A stretch of 64,000 bases of DNA from the human T2T-CHM13v2.0 reference genome, Homo sapiens. Within the stretch, counting starts at the first letter, position 1. Each line of letters starts with the position of its first letter. Location of the stretch: NCBI RefSeq assembly GCF_009914755.1, contig NC_060925.1; one strand, given 5' to 3'. Below, one piece after another: positions 46,601-58,870 of the stretch. Under the pieces are notes generated by a model. It was not told the origin of the DNA and did not search any database. It saw only the letters and a list, made by a program, of their open reading frames with translations. The translations under genes and the position numbers were made by a program.

Positions 46601-49119
46601 GCACTCATGCATCCTTCCAGGCTGAGTTACAGTAACTGATGGGCCTTTCTCATCCCTCTACCTCCCCTCCTCCTCCTCTCTCTTTGGTGGCTGGGATTAC
46701 TCACTCCTCCCTCTCCCCCATCCAGCTCATATCAGGAAGCCCCATGGAAACAGTAGTTGGAGTTCCTTCTCTTTGTGGGACCATGATGACTCCTGCACCC
46801 ATCCCTCCAAAGAGTTTTGTCTGGCAGCCAGGCCAATAGACCTTCTGCTATGCTTACATGCCCAGCAAAAGAGGCGGAACTCCCTCTGAGCTGGGAGCAG
46901 GAAAGAGACTTCTAAGCGGCTCCTGAGCTCTTAGGCCACAGCCAGGATGGGGCCAGGGAGCAGGTCACCATCCCAGGCCAGGTCCTGGAGCAGACTGCAG
47001 CTCAGTCTACCCATGGCAAGCTACCCTGGCTCCAGACATCAGATTTCAAGTCCCAACCCCAAACCCTCAAGGCCTCCCCAGCCAAAGTCCCCTAAATTCC
47101 TCCTCCTACCCCAAGCTCTGCTGGGCCTAATCCGGGAGACAGCCTTGCCTGAACTCCACAACCCAGACCCCACTCAGGCCAAGAGTACTGAGGACTGGTG
47201 GGGTGGGGCACCAGCTCTGATGCCACTGGGGGAAGATCACCCCATAAGCCTGAGGCCTGGTCCCAGGTAGGACAGAGAAGAACCCCACTCCTTCCACCCA
47301 GTGGAGTCCCCAGGCCTTCCCAGATGCACTTTCTCAGGCAGTATGCTTCATTTTGAGACATGAGAGGGCCACTGAGCTGCCTCTCACCCCACTGAGGCCC
47401 TGGATCATGTTCAACTCTTTCTGGGGCATCATGAGAGGCTCAGGCTTTGGTGTCAGGCAGATGGACCCCAGCAGCTGTGAGACCTGGGTGAGTTGGCTGC
47501 CCTCTCCAGGCCTCACTTTCTCCTCTGTAAAATGATTAAGTGTCTTACGCAGTGCCAGGCATGCTGAAAGGGCTCAGCTTACAAACACAGGGCACAGACA
47601 GTGACAGAGGAGATACAGCCCTGCTGGGGATGACCATCCTGCTTTCCATCCCAGCCCATTCCCAGGCCCTGCCTCCTCATGGGGTGGAGAGGGAAAAGGA
47701 ACAAACTGGCTAGTAGGGACCCGAGTCACTCCTGGCTCTGTCAGACTTGCTGCCTGACCTTGGACAAGACAATTCTTGTTTCTGAGCCTCAATTTCTTGA
47801 TATGAAGTCTGGCTCTATGATGTACTCATTCTATTTGCACGCTGGCTAATGCTCTGTGCCTCAGTTTCTCCACTGGCCAGAGGATACAACCCGTTCTAAA
47901 CTATCTCATGAGCCCACATCACTTAACCTGAAGTAAGGGTCTATTCAACACTCTGAGCCCACTGGCGAGGCCACATTTGACCGCTTCCCTCATCTGGCTG
48001 GTTTCTTATCCTCCCCTGAAAGCTTGAGAATGTTTGGCACAGAAACAGGCCCGGCAGCAGCAGTGGGGAGGGTGTGGTGCGAATATGCCCACGTGGGAGA
48101 CCACTGAGTCCCAAAGACTCTGGGATGAGTCCTGGGCCTCGTCCTGGATGGAGTGGGACTACAGTCCTTCCCACGGGCAGCCGGATGGAAGCCACGGCCT
48201 CTACCAAGACTGTCTGTGGCTTGCGAAAACTGAACAGAGGCAGGAACAAGGTGAGGGTGAGCTGGCGCCACTGGGCCTGGCTGGCACAGCCCCTGTTCCA
48301 CCGAGTCAACGAGCTCAGATGTACTTTCTGGTCTGGAAAGCATCACTATCCACCACTGCAGAGTTTAATGTCTGGAAATAGACCCAGGGCATGCCTGTCT
48401 GCTAGTCAGCAAAAACAGGAGCCCAGAGCTGCCACTCATTAGTCAGGGAGAAGGGCACCGCTCCCCTGTTGACCTTCCAGCTCCTTCCTTTGATGCCATC
48501 ACTTCCTACCAGCCATGGGAACATTTCCAGGGCAATTATTTTGGGAGAGGTCCACTTAGGCTCTGGGAGAGTGGCTAATGAAGGGTCAGTTACAATCCCT
48601 GCTGCCCAGGAAATGTCAGTCCCCCTGGAGGAAAGACACCCATGGTGTTGCTAGCAGTAAGTCAACTGGGGAGTAAGGGTAGCTTTCAGATTTCAGATGA
48701 CAGGTTCTTGGAGGAGGAGCGAGCATTTTGGATGCCAGACCTGGGTTGGGAAGAAAATCCCCACAGGCTGGAGCCCAAGCTAGACTCACAGGATGGTATT
48801 TCAGTGTAAATGTGAATTTAGCATGCAATGCAAGGCTCTGAGCTGAGAAAAACAAATCAAGGCGCAAGTAGGGGAGGGAGCCAGGCCTTGAGAGGGAAGC
48901 TCTTAAAGAGCTCATTGTGGACCCAGGCAGGTGTATCCCTCATAGCATCTGTCCGTTTGTTATTCTCCCCACCCCCAGGCCAGCCCTTCCCAGCCAAGGC
49001 TTTTCCCATGAGATGGAGAGTCTTCAAATCTAGCTAGCTTAATAACAACAGCAACAACAATAATAATTATGGTAAAAATAGTGATCTGATAAAAAAATTA
49101 CCCTCACATCTGAAAGTTT

Positions 49120-49300
49120 ACTGAATGCTTACTCTGAACTATGTACTCACATAACCTCTATTTTCATGACTTTCCAGGCTGGTATTATTAAGACCATTTT
49201 ACACAAGAGGAAACTGAGGCTCAGGAAAATGATATTACACAGAGCTAGTGGGTGGCAGAGATGCGATTTGAGCTTTAGTTTATCTGACTCCAAAGCCAAC
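49120..49300 (-). mobile_element. MIR SINE
   Basis: CCATTTTACACAAGAGGAAACTGAGGCTCAG..ACAGAGCTAGTGGGTGGCAGAG. Confidence 0.8.
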
Positions 49301-49514
49301 ACTCCTCTGTGCACATCTTTTTCTTCTTTTTAGACCATGTTAACAGAGGTATGGAGTCTAGAAAAAGGGAGATGAGAGTCCTCTTCAACTGGAGGGCTCA
49401 GAACCTATGTGCTGTTCTGAGAAATAAATCTAGAGGGTCATCGATAGCCTGAACCTTGTCTAAAAGCCAGGCCTCTGAACTGAGAAGGGCATGAGAATCT
49501 GGTCATATGGATTA

Positions 49515-50835
49515 ATTTATTCAACACTTTCATTATCATTCTATTATGTTGTTGGAGGCTCTTCCAGGTCCCGGAGATAGAACGGTGAAGAAGATTGACA
49601 ATGCCCCTGATGTCATAGAGTTCACATTCAAGTAGAGCAGACAGATAATAAGCAAGTGAGTATATACCAAGAAGTGATGTTGCCTGTGAGGGAAAAGTGT
49701 GACGAGAAAGGAACTGGAGATGAAGGGCTGCTCCAGAGAGGGTGGCCAAGGCAGGCTTCTCTGAGAAGGTGGCATTTCAGCAGAGACTTGAATAAAGTGA
49801 GAGTCAATTTTTGCCAATAGCTGTCAAGAGAATGTTCCAGTCACATAGAGCAGCAGCTGTGAAGGCCCTGAGGTAGGGAATGAGATAGTGATGATGACGA
49901 TGGTAATGATGGTGATAATGGTGATAGTGATGATGGTGATGATGATGATGATGATGATAATGATGATGGTGGTGGTGATGATGATAATGATGGTAATGAT
50001 AATGATGGTGACAATGATAATGGTGATGATGATGATGGTGATGATAATGATGATGATGGTGGTGATGATGATAATGATGGTAATAGTAATGATGGTGACA
50101 ATGATAATGGTGATGAGATAGTGCTGATGATGATGGTGAGATGATGGTGATAATGATGATAGTAATGGTAATGATGATGGTGATGGTGATGATGATGGTG
50201 TTGATGATGATGATGACAATAGTGATGGTAATGATGGTGATGATGATGATAGTGATGACGATGATGGTGATAGTAATGGTTATGATGATGATGGTGATGG
50301 TAATGATGATGATGATGGTGATAGCGATGATGATGATAGTGATAATGGTGATGGTGATAATGGTGATGGTGATGATGATGGTGGTGGTGGTGATGATGAT
50401 GATAATGGTCATGATGATGATGGTGATATGATGATGATGATAGTGATGATGGTGATGGTGATGATGGTGGTGATGATGGTGATGGTGATGATGGTGGTGG
50501 TGGTGCAATTGAGGAAGAGAGCAGAGGCCAGTGTTTCTGAAGCAAAGTGAGGTGGGAGGAAGGAAGGGGAAAGGAGAGATGTGAGGGGTTGGCAGAAGGA
50601 AGGTCATTAGAGAATTCAGCCATAGTGAACTTTGGATTTTATTTTTTGATGTCAAGGAGAGTCATTGCAGAGTTTTAAGCAAGAGAGTGGCATGGCTTGA
50701 TTTATATACTAAATAGATCACTTCAGCTTCTGGGTGAGGATCACTTTGGCTTCTGGAGGCAAGAGTGGAAGCAGTAAGACCAGGTAGGGAGGATCACAGA
50801 AGTTCTTGTGGACCAGAGTGGGGCCAGAGGAGAGT
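49515..50835 (-). mobile_element. L2 LINE 3' portion (L2a-like), split by a trinucleotide expansion
   Basis: TTTATTCAACA end, GGCTTCTCTGAGAAGGTGGCATTTCAGCAGAGACTTGAA, AAGGCCCTGAGG, ACTTTGGATTTTATT. Confidence 0.8.
49880..50503. repeat. ~620-bp degenerate (GAT/GGT/AAT/AGT)n trinucleotide repeat
   Basis: Directly visible. It produces the poly-His, poly-Ser and poly-Met ORFs in the track. Confidence 0.95.
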
Positions 50836-51139
50836 GTGCAAGGTGGTCACTCACCCAAGGAGTTACTGAAGGAACAGCATGCTTGTCCTGAACAAGAAGA
50901 GTTGAAAGTGATCGTGAAAGCCATCTTCAAACATTGGAAGGCTGTCACATGGACCAGAGGTCAGAACCAAGACTAATGAGTGAGACCATAGGAATGCTAA
51001 TTTCTCTTTGAAAAGTTTTTTTTTTAATGTTCTGGCAATGCTGACTCAAGATGGAGCATGCTTCCTGGTGTAGGCAATGGCCTTCCTACCACTGGAGGTG
51101 CACAAGCATAGGTCAGCTCTCAGAGCTATGAGGTGCAGT

Positions 51140-51352
51140 GAACACAGATTAACACTTGTGATCAGACAGACCTGGATTCAGAACCTCCTTTCTCTGCTTA
51201 TTATCTGTACTGCCTTCAGCCACTCACTTTTCTGAGCTTTGGTTTCCTCATCCCTAAATTCCTACCCAATTAGATTGTTGTGAAAACATTAAGCATTCAA
51301 GTACATAAAGCACCCAGCCCTGTATCTGGCACAAAATAGGTGCTCAATTAAT
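51140..51352 (+). mobile_element. MIR SINE
   Basis: CAGACCTGGATTCA..GTTTCCTCATC..TGGCACAAAATAGGTGCTCAAT. Confidence 0.8.
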
Positions 51353-51356
51353 GTCA

Positions 51357-51450
51357 GTGATGATAATGATGATGGTGATGGTAATGATGGTGATGATGAT
51401 GATAGTGATGGTGATGATGACGATGGTGGTGGTGATGGTGGTGATAGTGA
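51357..51450. repeat. (GAT/GGT)n repeat at the MIR 3' end
   Basis: Directly visible. Confidence 0.9.
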
Positions 51451-51578
51451 ACTCACCAATCAATTCCCGACTAATCACTCAGGCATGAAGGCTTCAAAGG
51501 TATGCACTTAGGGTCCTGGGTGAGAGGTCCAGGAGCCCAATGAAGAATTCTATCCTATCTGAGTCAAAACACCATAAC

Positions 51579-52036
51579 TGTTAAAGAAAAAGTTATTCAA
51601 TTATACTTGAATTAAAGCACGGTAAGGCAGACTTTATTCAGGACCATTGCAGTGGGATTTTGCAGTGTGGGAGACACTTTGGGCTGAACTCCAAATATCG
51701 CATGGGCAAGTGGGAATTTATAACCAAGGATCACTGGATAGAAAACTACTAAGAGAAAACATCAAGGGTAATGGAGATTCTGGAACAACTGACATAACTG
51801 GATTCTTGCTGAAGACAGGCCAGAGTGACCAGACACCACCTAGAGGATGGTGGAGGATGGGAAACCTGATCAGATATCAAGGGTAATCAGATATTAAGGG
51901 TGGGAAGTTCTTTCTAAACTTGCTGAGTTAGAAGAGTTCTTTGCTGAAACTGGATTCTACGAGGAAGTGGATAGGTGGGTCTCAAAGAAGGTTCAGAAGC
52001 CTAACTAAATTTTGGTCAAGTAAATAATTTTTGTCA
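51579..52036 (-). mobile_element. MER31-family solo LTR (ERV1)
   Basis: TGTTAAAGAAAAA...TTTGGTCAAG..TTTGTCA. TTTATT (minus-strand poly(A) signal) at ~51633. Confidence 0.75.
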
Positions 52037-52479
52037 GCTCCTGTCCTATTAACAGATGAGACACAGCCCAGAAACAGAGAGCAATTTTCTTAAAGTCACA
52101 AGCAAAGTTCATGTTTCCTGGTTTCCGGTTTAACTCTCTACTTTGCCACAATGTATCTTTAGCGTCTATGTTCTGGGAAGTAATCAGCATCCACCTTTGT
52201 GGCCTCAAATTCCTGATGATAAAACCCCTTCCTTCCACACCAGGCTGATCTTCATTTACAGGCATATAGCCAGATAACCTGGGCCATCTTGGCCCATTAG
52301 GTATTATTTTATAAGTGTTATTTCTATTTAGAAACTTCTCTGCTCAGTTCATCTTGCCTCAGCCCCACTGTCCTCTGCTCCAACAGAAGTTACTATTTTC
52401 TTATTAATTTCATTGAGATTTCTGTGTATTAACTAGCATTTTGTCTTATCTCTGCCATCCTTGACTGTCCTCCGGTGTA

Positions 52480-52960
52480 CCTTTTAGGAACTGCATTCAG
52501 CTGCTAGTAACAGGGATCTGAAAACTAACGGCTTAAATAAATCAAAGACTGTGATTTTTCCTCTCGTTTAAAGAATCATGGACATAGAAAGTCCACATAT
52601 CCTATGTTAGATCCATAGATTATGTTAATGTCCCAGTTCCTCCTTTGTTTTGCCTTACCATCCACAGTGCCTGAGCTCATCCTAAAGACTGCCTACTGGT
52701 CATATGATGGCTGCTGGAGCTCCAGAGATTACTGTCACATTCCAGATGGAAGAAAAAGGAAGGGAAAGGATAAAAGGGCAGGGAGTTCTGCCAGTTTAAC
52801 ACCTCCAGTCACATTCCATTGGCCAACCCTATCTGAAATGGGCAGGGGCTGGTAAATGTAGCTTTGAGGTAGGACACCTGTCCACCCCAACAGCATTGGT
52901 ATTCTGCTACTAAAGAAGAGAAGACAGGGTTCTGAACGACAGCCTGCAGCCTGGATCCCA
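52480..52960 (-). mobile_element. Ancient ERVL/MaLR LTR (LTR33/MLT1-like)
   Basis: GCATTCAGCTGCTAGTAACAG..GGCTTAAATAAA, ATGGCTGCTGGAGCTCCAG, GGCTGGTAAATGTAG. Confidence 0.55.
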
Positions 52961-53089
52961 GCCAGCATCTAGGAGACTGAAATGAAGACCTAGGGCTCCT
53001 GAAATGAGAATTCTGGCCCCAGAGCTGAATCCAGGAAGACTGGATCATAGGGAAAAGGTGTACAGATTCTTTCCTACCTACTTCCACTT

Positions 53090-53580
53090 AAAAAACAAAT
53101 TTAAAATAATAGTTTAACCATAGATGTTTATTATGAAAACTTCCAAACATAAAAAAATAAAGAAAACCAGAATCCTTTATAGTCCCCCACCCAGAGATAA
53201 CCTCTGTTGGTATTTTTGCATGCATCCTTCTGGCTTTTTTCTATGAAAAATTAGAAATGGACTTTACAACCAGTTTTACATGCTGCTTTTATTCCCTTTA
53301 TTTTTATAAGCATTTCCCCAGGTGAATAATTTTCTGAAGGTTTTGGGTTTAGCAGCTAACAGTTCATCACATGATGTTCCACAATTGACATACAAATCTC
53401 CTATTGTTAGGCATTTAGATGTTTCCCATCTAAATTTCACCATCATAAATTATGTTGAGATAAACGACCCTACACATAGATCTTTATCTCCATCTCGAAT
53501 TCTTCCTTGGGATAGATCTGTGGTCTTCTCAGGTCAACAGATATGGGCATTTTTAAGGCTTTGCCTGTATGTTGCCCAGT
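53090..53580 (-). mobile_element. Old L1ME-like 3' fragment
   Basis: CCACCCAGAGATAACC, CTATTGTTAGGCATTTAGATGTTTCC. Confidence 0.55.
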
Positions 53581-53799
53581 GGCTCTCCCGGGTGCCCGGC
53601 CTGGCTTCCACCCCTCCGGTGGGGTCTAAGAGCCTCTTCAAACCGGTTTCTGAGGCCTTCCCCTCACTTCTTCACCGTCTTCTGTAACTCAGGCCTCTGC
53701 CTCCTTCCCCGGCTCCCTTGGGGAAAAAAAGAAAAGAAAAAAAAAAGTTTATACTCTGAAATATCTAATCATGTATTTATCGCTAAGTACTTTAAAAAG

Positions 53800-54460
53800 T
53801 CAATATAATTACTCTAGTCCCATTAAGTTTAATTTGCAGCAAATTATGCATTTAGCGTGAAGTTGGGGGTGCGTTGCTGGATGAAGCGAGTAGGGTTTGG
53901 TTATTTAAAACGGGCGCTGGCGACAGCAGCGCAGGCTGGTTAAGCTGCGGCAGGTCCTTGCAGAGGAGGGGCTCTTCCCAGGAGGGCGCTCCAGCCGAGG
54001 CCCCTCTGCCTTCACCTGCGCCATGACCACTTCCCTCGGCCCTCTCCCCTCCTCCACGCCTCCTGGGGCCGCTCTCCAGGGTCCTGGGACGAGACCAGCC
54101 CCGGGCAGGGCAGCGCGGGGAGCCAGGGGTCCCACACCCAGGAGGGCCCCTCACCGCAAGGGACGGGCTTAGGCGGATAAATGTCCGGCTCCCCTCGAGG
54201 GGCAGAGTCAGCACCCCCCACACGGTCCCTGAGATGGCCCTGGGACCGAGCCGCCGCCCCCGACTTGTGATTCAGCCTCTTCCTGCCTGGCTTTCCCCTC
54301 CCCACTGTGCCTCCTGGGATCGCCTCCCAAATCAGCCGCCTGCGCCTTACAGGGACCCCACCCAGACAGCAGGGGTCCTTCCAGGGCCCAGCCGCGGCTG
54401 GAGTACAGGGGAGGGCTTGAGAGACCCTGGGAGGGGGCCAGCGGATGGCGATGGACAGAG
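53800..54460. promoter_or_regulatory. Weak orphan CpG island with upstream POU palindrome and TATA/MEF2-like box (candidate promoter or enhancer)
   Basis: About 35 CpGs in ~600 bp by manual count, GC roughly two-thirds. TAATTTGC-A-GCAAATTA at 53830-53846, TATTTAAAA at 53902-53910. Confidence 0.55.
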
Positions 54461-55866
54461 GTAGGGGAGAGAGGGCAGAGCCACCCAGGTGGATGAGCAA
54501 GTGAGGGTGCTCTCTTACCCTCATCTATGTATATGTACAAAAATTTTGTGTGCATCCATCTAACCAACATCCTGCTAAGATACACCACATGTCCATTACC
54601 CCCAGTATCTCTTATGCTCAATTTCTAGCAATTCTCCCAGCCACAGCCCCTTTCTGTCACCATAGATTAATTTTCCCGTTCCAGAATGTCATATAAATAG
54701 AATTCCATGGTAGATATCTAGGATCTCTTGCTCACCATAATGTTTGAGATGTACCTGTTTGTCTTTATAAGTTTATTCTCATTTGTTGCTCACTGTTAGT
54801 CCGTTATGTAGATACACCACAATTTATTTATCCATTAACTTGTTGATGGATGATTGAGTTACTACCAGTTTGAAGCTATTGTGAATAAAATTGCTATTAA
54901 AATACTCAAATAGTCTATTTATAGACCACAGTTTTTATCACTTTTGGGTACATAAAAGTAGAATTTTTACATCAGAGTGTGGGTGTATATTTTATACTAT
55001 AACAAGCTGCCAAGTTGTTTTCAAAAGTGATTTTATTATTTTACATTAGCTGCAGAAATAGGATTTTCGTTTGCTCCATATACCTCACCAATACTTGGTA
55101 TTATCCATCTTTTTAATTTTACCCATGATGCAGATACCTGACTAATAATGTTGAGCAGTTTTTCACGTGTTTTGTATCTCTTCTAATGTGCAGTGTATGT
55201 TGAAATATTTTGCCCAGTTTTATTGAGTTTTTCTTTTCATGATTAACTTGTAGGGATTCTTTACATATTCTGGGTACAAGTCCTTTGTCAGATATATGTG
55301 TTATGGCTATTTTTCCAAATTTGTGGTTTACATTTTCTTTTTAAAAAAATTTTCAAGTGTATAATACATTATACACTTGATATAATAGGCGCTAGGTTCT
55401 TTAATGATATCATTTGAAAAGCAGAAAACTTTTATGTTGATAAGTCCAAATTAGTATTGTTTATGGTTTTTTCTTTCATGGTAATCATGGTTACTGCTTT
55501 TATGTGAGTGTCTTAAGAAATCTTGATCTACTTCCAAATTCTGAAGATATATATTCAATATTTTTCTCTTATCTTTAGTTTTTATGTTTAGGTCTATGTT
55601 TTATGTCAAATTCATTTCTATGTAAGGTGTGAGGTAAGGGTCTAAATGTAAAATTTTTCCATGTGGATATTCAGCTGTTACAGCACCATTTATTGAAAAG
55701 ACAGTCCTTTCCCCCACTGAAATATCTTAGTCTTAGACAATATATATGTGTGGGTCTACTTGGTGCCTCTCTACTCTGTTCCATTAATCCACTTGTCTCT
55801 TCTTACTTTGCCTTGATTATCATACCTGCATAGTCTTGAAGTCAGGTATTATATGTCCTCCAAGTT

Positions 55867-56177
<311 letters not shown>

Positions 56178-56534
56178 TGTCCTCCAAGTTATTAATGAAT
56201 GTTTTGGCTAGTGTAGTTTTATTGCATTTATGTGTAATTTTAGAACTAGCTTGGTGATTTATACCAAAAAAAAAAAAAATCCTGCTTGGGGTTTTGTGTG
56301 CATGTGTGTCAAATTTATTGGTCACTTGGGGTAGGATTGACATGTTAATAATATTGAATCTTTTAATCCACGAATGCAATATGTTTATTTATTTAAATAT
56401 TCCTTAATCTTCCTGTGAAGTATTTGTGGTACTCAGAATACAGGTCAGACACATTTGAAAAATGCTTAAATGTCTTGTTTTTGATGCTATTGAAAAATGG
56501 TATCTTTTAAATATTTTCAAATAAGTGTTTGTTG

Positions 56535-57681
<1,147 letters not shown>

Positions 57682-57705
57682 GCATAGAGAAATCAATTGA
57701 TTTTT

Positions 57706-58363
57706 CCATCGTCTGGGATGTGAGGAGCGTCTCTGCCCAGCCGCCCCGTCTGGGAAGTGAGGAGCGCCTCTGCCTGGCCACTGTGCAATCTTCCAAGTGT
57801 GAAGTGACAGCCTTTCTTCAGGTGTACCCAACAGCTCCGAAAAGACAGTGACCATCGAGAATGGGCCATGATGACGATGGCGGTTTTGTCGAAAAGAAAA
57901 GGGGGAAATGTGGGGAAAAGAAAGAGAGATCAGATTGTTGCTGTGTCTGTGTAGAAAGAATTAGACACTGGAAACTCCATTTTGTTCTGTACTAAGAAAA
58001 ATTCTTCTGCCTTGGGATGCTGTTAATCTATAACCTTACCCCCAACCCCGTGCTCTCTGAAACATGTGCTGTGTCCACTCAGGGTTAAATGGATTAAGGG
58101 CGGTGCAAGATGTGCTTTGTTAAACAGATGCTTGAAGGCAGCATGCTCGTTAAGAGTCATCACCGCTCCCTAATCTCAAGTACCCAGGGACACAAACACT
58201 GCGGAAGCCGCAGGGACCTCTGCCTAGGAAAACCAGAGACCCTTGTTCATGTGTTTATCTGCTGACCTTCTCTCCACTATTATCCTATGACCCTGCCACA
58301 TCCCCCTCTCCGAGAAACACCCAAGAATGATCAATAAATACTAAAAAAAAAAAAAAGAGAGAC
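57706..58363 (+). mobile_element. 5'-truncated SVA (old, SVA_A-like): ~2 VNTR units, SINE-R and poly(A)
   Basis: GTCTGGGATGTGAGGAGCG VNTR units, HERV-K env/LTR-derived SINE-R, AATAAA at 58333. Perfect 16-bp TSD AAATCAATTGATTTTT. Confidence 0.95.
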
Positions 58364-58870
58364 AAATCAATTGATTTTTACTCTATGGCTCACACAGACA
58401 ACATGTTAAATTTGCTTTTGGTTTCATCCTGAAATTGGTTAATTCTGATAGCTCTTTTTTTGTAGCTTCATTAAGATTTGCTATAAAACTCTTGTGTCAT
58501 CTATGAACAACTAAAGTTTTAATTCATCTTTTCCAAACTTCAAGCTTTTCTTTCTTTTTCTTGCGTTATTGAACTAATTAGAGCCTTTAGCACAACGTTG
58601 AATAGAAGTGATGATAATATTCATCTTGACCCATTTCCAACAAAGGGAATGCATTCAGCCTTTCACCGCTATACCTAATGTTAGCTATAGGTTTCGCATA
58701 GGGGCCCTTTTTAAGAGTAAGGAAATTCCTTTTTATTTCTAGTTTGCTCAGAGTTTTTGTCATGAACGGCTGTTGAATTTTGTAGGTGCTTTCTTGGCAT
58801 CTATTGAGATGATCATGTGGCTTTTATCCTTTGTCATACTAATGTGGCAAATTATGTATGATTGATTTTC

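Larger units (their letters stand above)
49330..51115 (+). mobile_element. L3/CR1 3' region in two pieces (~49330-49510 and ~50858-51115) split by an L2
   Basis: AAGGGAGATGAGAGTCC..GTCATATG, then TGAAGGAAC..CATCTTCAAACATTGGAAGGCTGTCAC..CCACTGGAGGTGCACAAGCA. The pieces are collinear with the recalled L3 3' consensus. Confidence 0.6.

Noticed and set aside
46400-46640. Cys/Val-rich and His/Thr-rich ORFs
   Set aside because: Translations of the (CA)n/(TG)n microsatellite.
47990-48260. Possible exon ending at CAAG|GTGAGG (~48250)
   Set aside because: A donor-like site alone, with no convincing acceptor, reading frame or partner exons.
49804-50655. Poly-His, poly-Ser and poly-Met ORFs suggesting a metal-binding protein
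   Set aside because: Translation artefact of a triplet repeat embedded in an L2 element.
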